From Leptolyngbya foveolarum (GTDB lineage: Bacteria; Cyanobacteriota; Cyanobacteriia; Phormidesmidales; Phormidesmidaceae): a DNA stretch of 64,000 nucleotides. Each line of letters begins with the position of its first letter. Position 1 is the stretch's first letter. The stretch spans positions 577 through 64,576 of the forward strand of contig QBMC01000005.1 in assembly GCA_003242035.1 (NCBI GenBank), in the 5' to 3' direction. The notes beneath the pieces are model-generated. The model did not search any database and had not been told where the DNA came from. It saw only the letters and a program-made list of their open reading frames with translations. The position numbers were made by a program, and so were the translations under genes. Below, piece by piece: positions 1-11,213 of the stretch.

Positions 1-630
1 GCGCTGGTTACCGCTGCCAAAGTCCGCGACGTTCGCTTCCACTGGAATGCAGAAGTCACTCAGCTTGAGATCGAACGTCAGCGCTGTGTAGCGGTTCAAA
101 CTACTCAAGCTCGACTCGAAGCAGATTGGGTCATCCTCACCGCAGGGCTAGGATCTGCTGCCCTTACGCAGTTTGCCAGCGAGCCGCTAGCGCTGATTCC
201 CGTCCTTGGACAGGCCGCAGAAATCCAGCTTCCCAAAACGCTAGGATTAAAAGATTTTCAACCCGTCATTAACGGCGACGACATTCAATTTGTGCCGCTA
301 GGAGAAGGTCGCTACTGGCTAGGCGCAACGGTAGAGTTTCCCTCGGAAGACGAAGCACTCGAAGCGCAGGCAGACGGAATTGAAAGTTTGCTGAAGGGCG
401 CAGAGCGATTTTGTAGCGCGATCGCCCAGGCCAAAATTATCAAAACCTGGAGCGGCTTGCGTCCTCGCCCAGTCGGACAGCCCGCCCCCGTGATCAAGCC
501 ACTAGGCGACACAGAAAACGTTACGCTCGCCACTGGTCACTATCGCAATGGCGTCTTACTAGCTCCCGCTACTGCCCTAGCTGTCTGCGAGCTGTTGCAA
601 AAGAGCGATCGCTTCACCTTCTCACCCTAA
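1..630 (+). CDS. FAD-dependent oxidoreductase, glycine oxidase/ThiO-like (5' truncated by window edge)
   Basis: Frame 1 is open from base 1 (ALVTAAKVRDV...). C-terminal motifs WSGLRPRP and ATGHYRNGVLLAP are typical of the DAO/ThiO family. Confidence 0.8.
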   Translation, partial: ALVTAAKVRDVRFHWNAEVTQLEIERQRCVAVQTTQARLEADWVILTAGLGSAALTQFASEPLALIPVLGQAAEIQLPKTLGLKDFQPVINGDDIQFVPLGEGRYWLGATVEFPSEDEALEAQADGIESLLKGAERFCSAIAQAKIIKTWSGLRPRPVGQPAPVIKPLGDTENVTLATGHYRNGVLLAPATALAVCELLQKSDRFTFSP

Positions 631-713
631 AACTTAGAACTAACACCTTCAAGATAAACTGATAAAACGCCTCGTAAATTCGCCAACCCAAAACGCTTAG
701 CCCAGACTTAACT

Positions 714-1103
714 ATGACAACCGACCTCATTTGCCTTCTCGCCCTTGCCCTATGGTCTATTCCGCTCAACCATATTCCGGCCCTGGGTCGAGCGGCCAAA
801 GCGGGCGTTGCCTGGGCTGCTAGCAATCGAGAAGAATCGGTAGATGGCCCGCCCTGGGTAGGTAGAGCCGACCGAGCGCAGCGCAATCATCACGATAATT
901 TAGCGATGATTGCTACCGTCATTCTGATTGCGCAAATTACCGGCCAAAACGACGGCATTACCGCAAATGCCGCGATCGCTATCCTCGCTTTTCGAATTGT
1001 CCACAGCGTTACTTACCTTGCGGGCATTGGCCCAGTGCGATCGCTCGCATACATTGGCTCCATCATCGGATTAGGCGTTATCGTCTGGCGCATTCTGACT
1101 TAA
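714..1103 (+). CDS. MAPEG family membrane protein
   Basis: 129 aa with several hydrophobic segments and RADRAQRNHHDNL, resembling the MAPEG RAxRAHxNxxExL motif. Confidence 0.75.
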   Translation: MTTDLICLLALALWSIPLNHIPALGRAAKAGVAWAASNREESVDGPPWVGRADRAQRNHHDNLAMIATVILIAQITGQNDGITANAAIAILAFRIVHSVTYLAGIGPVRSLAYIGSIIGLGVIVWRILT

Positions 1104-1231
1104 TAGAGACGACTTTCGTAATCGAGCGATCGCGCTTACATGCCATCTGGCGCAGCTTCACTCGGACGGAAGATGAATAGGAGAACTTAACCTATCAAAG
1201 TAAGCAGATAGCCCCTGTCATTAGTAAATCC

Positions 1232-1744
1232 ATGTCCGACCCATCTGTTGTGCGCTCGAATCGAAAGCCGCTGATCGTAGCAGGCATTGTCCTCGGACTT
1301 GGTCAGGCGGGCTTTTTTGATGGCATTGTGATTCATCAACTGTTGCAGTGGCATCACATGTTTACCAATGTTAAGACGGATCGAACGGTAGCCGGACTAG
1401 AGCTAAATACGTTGGGGGATGGATTGTTTCATCTGTTTGACTATGTGCTGACGCTGACAGGAATTGGGCTGCTTTGGCGGGCAAGTCAGCGGGAAGATGT
1501 TTCGCAGTCAACCTCTGTTTTTGTGGGGTCATTGTTGATGGGAGCAGGACTATTTGATTTTTTTGAAGGACTGATCGATCATCAGCTTCTAGGGATTCAT
1601 CATGTGAAACCAGGACCGAACGAGTTTGCCTGGGATATGGGATTTTTGGCTTTAGGGTTGGGGCTATTTGTGTCAGGGTGGGCGATCGCACAGATGAGCA
1701 CCCCAACAACGTTGGCTACAGAGGCTCAGTCAAAACCCAATTAA
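1232..1744 (+). CDS. DUF2243-type predicted membrane protein
   Basis: Motifs GFFDGIVIHQLLQWHHM, DGLFH and EGLIDHQLLGIHHV. Confidence 0.8.
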   Translation: MSDPSVVRSNRKPLIVAGIVLGLGQAGFFDGIVIHQLLQWHHMFTNVKTDRTVAGLELNTLGDGLFHLFDYVLTLTGIGLLWRASQREDVSQSTSVFVGSLLMGAGLFDFFEGLIDHQLLGIHHVKPGPNEFAWDMGFLALGLGLFVSGWAIAQMSTPTTLATEAQSKPN

Positions 1745-1786
1745 GGGATGAGCTGAAGTCAAGAAAAGCGGTCAGGGCTGAGTAAC

Positions 1787-3634
1787 CTAAAAGCGGTAGT
1801 CCATGCTGAAGTAAATAAACGCCGACTGATCGCTGTCTCCCGGCTCGTCAACCTTAATCAACGGAATCCCGACATCCAAACGCGCCTGCACATTCTCCAC
1901 CAGGTTTGTGATTACGCCTACACCCGTTCCGAATAGCCACCGCTGCTCGCTCGTATCGCCATTGTTGTTCCACACCACTGCCGTATCTATAAAGGGCGCA
2001 ATTTGGGTCGCCGGTGAGCCATCCTCATTCCGTAAAACCGTTATTCGATTTTCAACAGACGCCCGAAAGCCATTGTCGCCAAAGCGAGCATTCTGGCTGT
2101 AGCCGCGTACAGAGGTTGCCCCGCCGATAATGAACTGATCTGCGCCTAGCAAACTGTCGGGAGATGCCTGCAAGCTCCCCTGCAACAGCAACAAATTATT
2201 GCGGTTTATCACCTGCGCCCGCTGCACCTGTCCCAACCAGCTAAAGAACTGCCCATCCGCTTCGCCGTCGGCTCGATGGGTGGCATCTAACAAACCCGTG
2301 CCTAAGTTAAATTGCGATCGCAATCCCCAAGCCCCTTTCGTATCGCGCTTCAAATAATCCTGACCAAACTGAAACACACTCGTCCGCGTCGAATCGATCA
2401 CCACGTCGCTCACCAACGTTTCACCCGTGCGATGGCGAAACCCCAGCGACAGCGTCAGCTCCTCATTTGGCTGACGAATCAACGGCTGTCGATAGGTTAG
2501 CTCGTAAGTATCCGAAGACCCTCTCACACCCAGTGCCTGCAATTCTGGATCGATTAACGCAAAGGTGCTGGGTAAATAGCGAGCCTGCAAGGTGCCGTTC
2601 ATCGCATTCAGCGGCACCCTGTAATCAAAGCTATAGGTATTAGACCCGCCCGCCGTACTGCGAAAAGCCGAGGTCGAAAGGCGATCGCCCCACCCCAGCG
2701 GATTGTTAAACGTCGTCTCTATGCCCATTCGCGCCACGCCCACACTCGGCGGCGAGTTCGTATCAAAAACGGCGCGACCCGTAAAACCAGCCGACTCCAG
2801 CACCCGCACAATCAGCAAACTTTGGCCTTCCCCTGTCCCTGCTCTCAAGCTGGCCTCAATGCGGTCTACCAGCGGATCGGCTCGCAGTAGCTGAAGCTGA
2901 GACTCCAGATCGGACTGGCTGAGCGGCGTTTTATTGGCTAGGTTAACGCGATCGCGCACATAGTTCGCCAGCCGCCGCGTCCCTTCCACCTGAATGTCTT
3001 CTAAGCTCCCTTCCACCACCCGAATCTGCACCACGCCATCCACAATAGACTGCTCGCTCAGCACCGCTCTAGACGTAATGTAGCCATTCTCTAAATAAAG
3101 CCGAGTAACATCATCGGCCACCTGACGCAGCTCGCGCAAACCCAAATCTTGCCCCTCATAAGGCAACACAAGCGGCTCAAAATCCTGAGCCGAAAACACC
3201 GTACTGCCTACTACTTGAATGTCACTAATCGGAACTTTCGTTGTGTTCGCCGGTACGCTCAAATCAGGTTCTGGAGCCGCCGATTCGGGCAAAACTTGAT
3301 CAGGCTCAGGCAGGGGTTCTGGGATTTCCACTGGCTCTGAGAATTCGCTAGCAGGCGTATTCTGGCTCAGTAAAGGACTCGTTTCTACGATGTCTGCTTC
3401 TGCGATGCCTATTTCTGCAATGTCTATAGAGTCAACTATTTTAGAGCTGGGTAACGCTGTCCTACGCGTAGGCAAATTCTCCTGCGGCAACGAGTATAAA
3501 AGCGTTACTTCCGGGTGGGGGTGATTGTTTTCTAGCTGAATATCAGCAGCGATCGCCGACCGAGACCAAAGGGCACCGCCACCCAGAATACTAATCATTA
3601 CAATGCTTTGCGCCAGCCCAACTTTCATACGCAT
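1787..3634 (-). CDS. ShlB/FhaC/HecB (TpsB) outer-membrane secretion/activation protein
   Basis: Signal peptide, POTRA motif (YLENGYITSRA...GVVQIRVVEG), barrel motif QFIIGGATSVRGY and C-terminal aromatic residue (YRF). Confidence 0.88.
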   Translation of the reverse strand: MRMKVGLAQSIVMISILGGGALWSRSAIAADIQLENNHPHPEVTLLYSLPQENLPTRRTALPSSKIVDSIDIAEIGIAEADIVETSPLLSQNTPASEFSEPVEIPEPLPEPDQVLPESAAPEPDLSVPANTTKVPISDIQVVGSTVFSAQDFEPLVLPYEGQDLGLRELRQVADDVTRLYLENGYITSRAVLSEQSIVDGVVQIRVVEGSLEDIQVEGTRRLANYVRDRVNLANKTPLSQSDLESQLQLLRADPLVDRIEASLRAGTGEGQSLLIVRVLESAGFTGRAVFDTNSPPSVGVARMGIETTFNNPLGWGDRLSTSAFRSTAGGSNTYSFDYRVPLNAMNGTLQARYLPSTFALIDPELQALGVRGSSDTYELTYRQPLIRQPNEELTLSLGFRHRTGETLVSDVVIDSTRTSVFQFGQDYLKRDTKGAWGLRSQFNLGTGLLDATHRADGEADGQFFSWLGQVQRAQVINRNNLLLLQGSLQASPDSLLGADQFIIGGATSVRGYSQNARFGDNGFRASVENRITVLRNEDGSPATQIAPFIDTAVVWNNNGDTSEQRWLFGTGVGVITNLVENVQARLDVGIPLIKVDEPGDSDQSAFIYFSMDYRF

Positions 3635-3920
3635 CCATTACTTAGCTTCTGGTTCATTAGCTTTCGACTCAGACAGGCATAGGCAGGTTGCAAAATGAAT
3701 TGGGTAGAAAATAGGCACCCAAACCCGCCCTAGATTGCCCACTTTCAACCTATTTATCAACAAAAGTTGAAATGAGTCCGTAGACGCTGATAGCAGTGAT
3801 CACAGACCCACCACTAGCAAACTTTCAGTCTCCAGAGATATTGAAATCAGCGCTGGCAAACGCTAAGGTAAGCGACCATAGCCAAGCAAAATGGCACTAT
3901 TTGTATTACCAGGATTATTC

Positions 3921-4184
3921 ATGGCAGCCAAGCAACCGCTCACCGGCATCGAACTCGTTGACTGCGCCAAAGCTAACGCCCAGCAAGGCGTACAAGAAGC
4001 TGCCAAACTCTGCGGCTACGGCGATCACATCAGCGATTTTCAATCAGCCCTGAAAAAAGCAGGCGCAGACATGGGCGTCAAGCTAGACGAACTCGACGAT
4101 CTGATCACCGACCAATTCATCGCTCAGCGCACTCCCGTTATGGATGTTGCCCCGGTTGTGGATGGAACCACTTCTCACCTATAA
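3921..4184 (+). CDS. Conserved hypothetical protein (cyanobacterial type)
   Basis: ORF 3891-4184; ATG 3921 preferred (MAAKQPLTGIELVDCAKANA...). Protein-like composition. Confidence 0.65.
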   Translation: MAAKQPLTGIELVDCAKANAQQGVQEAAKLCGYGDHISDFQSALKKAGADMGVKLDELDDLITDQFIAQRTPVMDVAPVVDGTTSHL

Positions 4185-4238
4185 AAGCACCGCGATCTTT
4201 CTGAATTTTCCGCCAGTACGCTGTTGGGAGGAGAGCTG

Positions 4239-4674
4239 ATGAATATCCGCAACGGTTGTTTGGAAGACGCCGCTGCAGTAGTTGGCTTGCTAGAACAACT
4301 AGGATATTTAGAAACAGCCGGGTCTATCGAAACCAGACTACATCAGTTAATATCGCATCCTGACACGCTGTTTATAGTGGCTGTCGATGATGCAGATAGG
4401 GTGGTCGGCTTTGTTTCAGCTCGGTTTGGCGGGAGACTTTTGTCGAATTAGCTATTTTTGTGTTGACCAGCAAAGCCGATCTGCTGGTGTTGGTCAGTTG
4501 TTAGAGGCGTCGGTAGTCAAGGCAGCTTGTGGACGAGGGTGCGATCGCCTCGAAGTCCACGGCCATGCCAGACGCAGCCGCGCTCACCGCTTCTATGCCC
4601 GCCAAGGCTATATAGAAAATCCCAAATATCTGTTAAAAAAACTACCGGCAGCTACCCACCCATTCCCGGAATAA
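4239..4674 (+). pseudogene. GNAT N-acetyltransferase, frameshifted near 4416
   Basis: The N-half (MNIRNGCLEDAAAVVGLLEQLGY...DRVVGFVS) follows a GGAGGAG RBS. The C-half (QLGLAGDFCRISYFCVDQQSRSAGVG...AHRFYARQGY) is in a different frame. Confidence 0.75.
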
Positions 4675-5779
4675 AGCTCGTACTAATCCGCTTAATTACC
4701 CGATTCGCAATATCGGCATAGCTCACTTCGCCCGCCAAAATTTGCCCCAGCCGCTTCGTCGCCGTAGGCCGCTTAATACCGACTCGATAGCCAATCTTAG
4801 GCACCCGAAAAAATACGCCCGCAATCCGCTGCGCCCACTGCATATCCGCCCCCCAGCTCTGATGGATCGTCTGCGTGTAGCCCGACAAGGCATTAGGTAC
4901 GCCATCCAAAGCTTGAGAAATGGCCTTACCTGCCTTCATACCGCTATACAGCGCTGGGCGAATCCCTTCCGCCGTCAGCGGATCGACTATCGCTGCCGCC
5001 TCACCGACAATCAGCGCCTGCTGAAAATGTAAATCGTGGTTGCCGTCCCATAATTTCAGCGGATGGGTATACAGCCTGCCCTGCTCAAACGTCACATCAA
5101 AGTCTGATACATATTGGCGCAGCGGCGTTTCCAAATCTTTGAGCGAACCGCCAATAAAGCTGCTAATGCCCATCGAATAGCCCTGTTGCTTGGGAAAGCT
5201 CCAGATGCAGCCATTTTTTGCCAAACCAAACTCAAAGCTAAACGCGCCATTTTCAATCGGTGAGGCGACCGGCACTTCCAGCACACCCGCCTCGCGCGTT
5301 CGGTGAGGCCGGAAGCCTAGCCAGTCTGCCATTGGACCCTTTGGCCCATCCGCAGCTACCAAATACCGGGCGGTAAATATCTCGTCAGCTACGTTGACTT
5401 GCCAGCGATCGCCCAAAAACTCAATCCCCGTCACCCCCATCCGATCCTTCAGATGAGCGCCCTTAGCCACCGCCTGCTCCAGCAAAAACTGATCGAACAC
5501 ATCGCGCCGCACCGTCCAAATCGGGTCAGTCTCTAGCTCCGCGTCAATCGCATCTCCCAGCTTCCAGGTGTAGCGAACCCGACGAACTTTGCCGTCAATA
5601 GCAGGCGCAAAGTCAAAGTCGAACCAGTCCGCCACGCTAGGAGAAACAGCCCCGCTACAGGGTCTATATCGAGGCAGCGCCGCCTTTTCTAAAATCAGGA
5701 CTTCACGGCCTGCTTTCGCCAAATGATAGGCCGCTGAGCTACCCGCAGGCCCGCCACCGACAATAATGCAGTCAAACAT
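4652..5779 (-). CDS. Geranylgeranyl reductase family flavoprotein
   Basis: MFDCIIVGGGPAGSSAA Rossmann motif, VAADG, and GEAAAIVDPLTAEGIRPA. Start set at ATG 5779. Confidence 0.85.
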   Translation of the reverse strand: MFDCIIVGGGPAGSSAAYHLAKAGREVLILEKAALPRYRPCSGAVSPSVADWFDFDFAPAIDGKVRRVRYTWKLGDAIDAELETDPIWTVRRDVFDQFLLEQAVAKGAHLKDRMGVTGIEFLGDRWQVNVADEIFTARYLVAADGPKGPMADWLGFRPHRTREAGVLEVPVASPIENGAFSFEFGLAKNGCIWSFPKQQGYSMGISSFIGGSLKDLETPLRQYVSDFDVTFEQGRLYTHPLKLWDGNHDLHFQQALIVGEAAAIVDPLTAEGIRPALYSGMKAGKAISQALDGVPNALSGYTQTIHQSWGADMQWAQRIAGVFFRVPKIGYRVGIKRPTATKRLGQILAGEVSYADIANRVIKRISTSFIPGMGG

Positions 5780-5860
5780 GTTTAAAGTAGATGCTCTCAA
5801 GCAAGAGACATAAGGGAGTGTTCAGCGCTGGCCTGTCGCGATCCAAACTAGACAGAAACC

Positions 5861-7151
<1,291 letters not shown>

Positions 7152-7238
7152 TCAGTAATTTCTACATCAAGATAGCAGTCAAAGCGTCGGAGGCGATACC
7201 CTCCCCGTCTCTTAACGCGGTTTTTAAGCGGTTTTTCC

Positions 7239-7904
7239 TTGCCTCCATTACTAATTCAATCTGCAGTCGTTCTTACCTGGATAGCCATCGTCGGCGGGCT
7301 ATCCGAAGTCATGCGGCGAACCGGCGCACAGCCCGAAGTCACCCGCAAAGTTGTCCATATCGGCGCGGGCCACGTTATTCTCATTGCCTGGTGGATGGGC
7401 GTTCCAACCTGGGCAGGCGTTGCCGCCTCCGGCATATTCAGCGGCATCGCGCTACTGTCTTACAGATTTCCGCTACTACCGGGCATCAACAGCGTCGGTA
7501 GAAAAAGCCTGGGCACCTTCTTCTACGCTCTTAGCATTGGTCTACTCATTCTCTGGTTCTGGCCGCTACAGCAGCAGCAGTACGCCGCCATCGGCATCTT
7601 AACAATGACCTGGGGAGACGGCCTAGCCGCCTTAGTGGGACAGCGCTTTGGTCAGCATCCCTATCAAATTTGGGGTGAAAAAAAAAGCTGGGAGGGCAGT
7701 TTGGCTATGCTGGGCGTCAGCTACATCGTATGCGCGGCCATCTTGCTATCGGTAGAGGGCGCAACCTTTGAAACCTGGGCGATCGCAGGCGCAGGCGCAG
7801 TCTTAGCCACCCTGTTAGAATCTGCTTCCAAGTACGGCATAGACAACCTCAGCGTTCCGCTAGGGGCCGCTGCCATCTGCTATGGGTTAGCCCAAATTCT
7901 GTAA
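7239..7904 (+). CDS. Phytol/dolichol kinase family (CTP_transf_1) membrane protein
   Basis: RKVVHIGAG, MTWGDGLAALVG, KKSWEGSLAM and DNLSVP motifs. Confidence 0.88.
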   Translation: MPPLLIQSAVVLTWIAIVGGLSEVMRRTGAQPEVTRKVVHIGAGHVILIAWWMGVPTWAGVAASGIFSGIALLSYRFPLLPGINSVGRKSLGTFFYALSIGLLILWFWPLQQQQYAAIGILTMTWGDGLAALVGQRFGQHPYQIWGEKKSWEGSLAMLGVSYIVCAAILLSVEGATFETWAIAGAGAVLATLLESASKYGIDNLSVPLGAAAICYGLAQIL

Positions 7905-7951
7905 AGCTCAGGTTTATAAAGTTAAGCGCTAAGAGACGTGAGCGCACAGCC

Positions 7952-8320
<369 letters not shown>

Positions 8321-8427
8321 CTACTTAACCGCCCGTTAGTCAATCAGCCTACCTTATCCAGCCACCTGGCTCTGCTACTGACAAAACATTTTTAGGAAGC
8401 TTGCGCCTCGTCTAGTCACATAGCAAT

Positions 8428-8443
8428 GGTGATCTGCATCACA
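8428..8443. promoter_or_regulatory. Candidate CRP-type binding box
   Basis: GGTGA-TCTGCA-TCACA, one mismatch to TGTGA-N6-TCACA, lying 138 bp upstream of the PII start. Confidence 0.3.
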
Positions 8444-8505
8444 GAGATGCCACGTATAAAGGCCAATGGCTAGGCGAATTAGTTGTTATAGCGATCGCTC
8501 AACCA

Positions 8506-8676
8506 TCAATCTACAGGCGAGCCGTCATCGTCCAGGCACCAAGCAATCAGCAAGATCACGCCTCCCCAGAAAGCCCAATGGGGTAGGCGAACCCAGCCCA
8601 GAGGCGGAAAGGCATCTACAATGTTTGAAATGGCGAAAGCAATCCAGACAACAGTTAGTAAAACAAAAATACTCAT
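8506..8676 (-). CDS. Unannotated small membrane protein (56 aa)
   Basis: Manual translation: MSIFVLLTVVWIAFAISNIVDAFPPLGWVRLPHWAFWGGVILLIAWCLDDDGSPVD*. Two hydrophobic segments and an acidic tail. Confidence 0.65.
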   Translation of the reverse strand: MSIFVLLTVVWIAFAISNIVDAFPPLGWVRLPHWAFWGGVILLIAWCLDDDGSPVD

Positions 8677-8835
8677 AGTGAATAACTGAGGCTATAGTCA
8701 TCCCGATTTTAGCTTCCTTCATTGTTTTAGAGATCTATATCCTTAGAGATTCATCAGTGCCCAAGGCAACTAGCTAACGTCACAAACAACCCGCCTGCCG
8801 ATACAATGAGGCTTGCAAACGAATCATTCTAGCTC

Positions 8836-10419
8836 ATGGCCTCAGACAAATCAGCGTCTAAATCAGCTTCGTCTAACTCCGATAACAGCGACTCCGGACT
8901 AGAGGGCATTCGTGCGGCCAGACTGCAAAAGGTAGAAGACCTCAAACAAGCAGGCATGACGCCCTATGCCTATCGCTGGGACATTACCCATTCTGTTGCG
9001 GCCCTACAAGAAAAATTTGCCGAGCTAGAAGCAGGCGCAGAAGAGGACTTTGCCGTCTCCGTTGCCGGACGCATCATGGCACGCCGAGTCTTTGGCAAAC
9101 TGGCCTTCTTTACGCTGCAAGACGAAACCGGCACCATCCAGCTCTATCTAGAAAAGAAAACCATTCAGGCCGCAATGGGCACAGCCGATGAGCAGGCGTT
9201 TAACCATCTCAAGCAGCTTACAGATGTGGGCGACATCATCGGCGCGAGCGGCACCATCAAACGCACTGACAAAGGCGAGCTATCGGTAAAAGTGAAGCAG
9301 TACGCCATGCTCACTAAGTCTCTGCTCCCACTGCCCGACAAATTCCACGGTCTGACCGACGTTGCCAAGCGCTACCGCCAGCGCTACGTAGATTTAATCG
9401 TAAATCCAGAGGTACGCGAAACCTTTCGCAAAAGAGCCCGCATCACCGCTGGCATCCGTCGCTACTTAGACGAACTCGGCTATTTAGAAGTCGAAACGCC
9501 TGTTCTACAATCAGAACCCGGTGGCGCAGAAGCTCGCCCCTTCGTCACCTATCACAACACGCTAGACATGGAGCTGTATCTGCGGATTGCCACCGAGCTA
9601 CACCTTAAGCGGATGGTGGTAGGCGGCTTTGAAAAAGTCTTCGAACTCGGCAGAGTATTTCGCAACGAAGGCATCTCAACCCGTCACAATCCCGAGTTTA
9701 CAACCATCGAAATGTATCAAGCCTACGGCGACTATCAGGACATGATGGCGCTAACCGAAGGCATGATAGAACAGATTACGGAAGAAGTGGCGGGCAGTAA
9801 AACCGTGACTTATCAAGGAGAAGAGATTAGCTTTGCAACGCCCTGGAAGCGGATAACCATGCACGAAGCCGTCAAGGAAAAAACGGGCATTGATTTTAGC
9901 CAATTTACGGACATTGAAGCCGCGAAGAAGGCGGCGAAGGACGCGGGTATTGGTGATGTAGACGGCTGCGAAAGCGTCGGTCACGTACTAAACGAAGCCT
10001 TTGAACAGAAGGTAGAAGAGACGCTGATTCAACCCACGTTTGTACTCGACTATCCGGTAGAAATTTCGCCTTTAGCCAAGCCGCATCGCAGTAAGCCTGG
10101 GTTAGTCGAGCGCTTTGAGCTGTTTATGGTTGGTCGAGAGACGGCCAATGGGTTTTCGGAGCTGACCGATCCGGTGGATCAGCGCGATCGCTTAGAACTT
10201 CAGGCCGCCAAAAAAGCAGCGGGCGACTTAGAAGCCCACAGCGTAGATGAGGACTTCATTACCGCGCTAGAGTACGGAATGCCACCGACCGTGGGCTTAG
10301 GCATTGGGATTGATCGGCTGGTGATGGTGTTAACCGATGCGGCGAGTATCAGAGATGCGATCGCCTTTCCGCTCCTCAAGCCTGAGCAGTCAGAAAACGA
10401 AAAGTCCAGCGACTCTTAA
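8836..10419 (+). CDS. lysS: Lysine--tRNA ligase (class II)
   Basis: [34 protein letters not shown] and GIGIDRL. Confidence 0.98.
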   Translation: MASDKSASKSASSNSDNSDSGLEGIRAARLQKVEDLKQAGMTPYAYRWDITHSVAALQEKFAELEAGAEEDFAVSVAGRIMARRVFGKLAFFTLQDETGTIQLYLEKKTIQAAMGTADEQAFNHLKQLTDVGDIIGASGTIKRTDKGELSVKVKQYAMLTKSLLPLPDKFHGLTDVAKRYRQRYVDLIVNPEVRETFRKRARITAGIRRYLDELGYLEVETPVLQSEPGGAEARPFVTYHNTLDMELYLRIATELHLKRMVVGGFEKVFELGRVFRNEGISTRHNPEFTTIEMYQAYGDYQDMMALTEGMIEQITEEVAGSKTVTYQGEEISFATPWKRITMHEAVKEKTGIDFSQFTDIEAAKKAAKDAGIGDVDGCESVGHVLNEAFEQKVEETLIQPTFVLDYPVEISPLAKPHRSKPGLVERFELFMVGRETANGFSELTDPVDQRDRLELQAAKKAAGDLEAHSVDEDFITALEYGMPPTVGLGIGIDRLVMVLTDAASIRDAIAFPLLKPEQSENEKSSDS

Positions 10420-10544
10420 GTTTTGAGCGTACGTAGATCTGCCTTTCGATTCAAAGAAAGGTCTCTTTAGATAGAGCGACCCCTAAAACTGTTTGTATAC
10501 GCTAATAAAGTTAAACCATAACAAACAACTGGAGAATACTCATC

Positions 10545-10727
10545 ATGGGTCTTGACGATAAGGTTAAGAACGCTGCTAAGGATATCGAAGGTAAAGTTCA
10601 AGAAGCCGCTGGTAAAGCTACCGACAATAAAGAAGCTGAAACCAAAGGTAAAGCAAAGCAGGTAGAAGCCGACGCTCGAAAGGCTGGAGAGAGTGCCAAG
10701 GACAACGTCAAAAAAGCCATTGACTAG
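10545..10727 (+). CDS. CsbD family stress protein
   Basis: 60 aa, K/E/A-rich, with pattern EGKVQEAAGKATDN...KGKAKQ; GGAG RBS upstream. Confidence 0.88.
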   Translation: MGLDDKVKNAAKDIEGKVQEAAGKATDNKEAETKGKAKQVEADARKAGESAKDNVKKAID

Positions 10728-10780
10728 ACTGCTTTCTCTGAGATCAATTTAGTTGAATAGTAAGTGCCTTTGGCAGAAGA

Positions 10781-10812
10781 GCGCTTTGACTACCCACAGT
10801 CAAAGCGCTTTC
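10781..10812 (+). terminator. Rho-independent terminator after csbD-like gene
   Basis: Perfect 11-bp stem GCGCTTTGACT / AGTCAAAGCGC, 6-nt loop, followed by TTTCT. Confidence 0.7.
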
Positions 10813-11213
10813 TCATGTGATTTGATTTAGAGGCGGTTGCGATCAATCGCATTAAATTTTGGCTGGGATGGGAGCTTCGCCCGAGATTAATCTCCGATGC
10901 AGAGTGCGATCGCCATCTGCTCCGGCAAATTACCCACATAGGACAAGAAATCTCCAACAGATTATGCAACGCCCGGTATTACGTCATGCCCGACATACAA
11001 AACATCTGAGGCAGTGCAACATCAATAGATTGCTGAGCCGCCAGCGCCGGTCGGGTGTGATGTAGGCAGTGAGAAATTCGTAGCGATCGCAATTAGCCGT
11101 TACCCCAATACACGCCCAAAAACATACTCAGCAACGTCGGGCTTAGGCACAAACCCCCTTTCAATGTCACAATAGAGTGTTAAAACCACCGCCCTAAAGA
11201 CCCATTGCCCGCC

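Noticed and set aside
8525-8722. Listed 65-aa Cys-rich minus-strand ORF and the 8466-8678 plus-strand ORF
   Set aside because: A third frame (8506-8676) gives a far more protein-like product, so these are likely shadow ORFs.
10813-11200. Possible gene or remnant between csbD and miaB (including ORF 10859-11065)
   Set aside because: No frame gave a recognisable product, and the longest alternative frame lacks a start codon.
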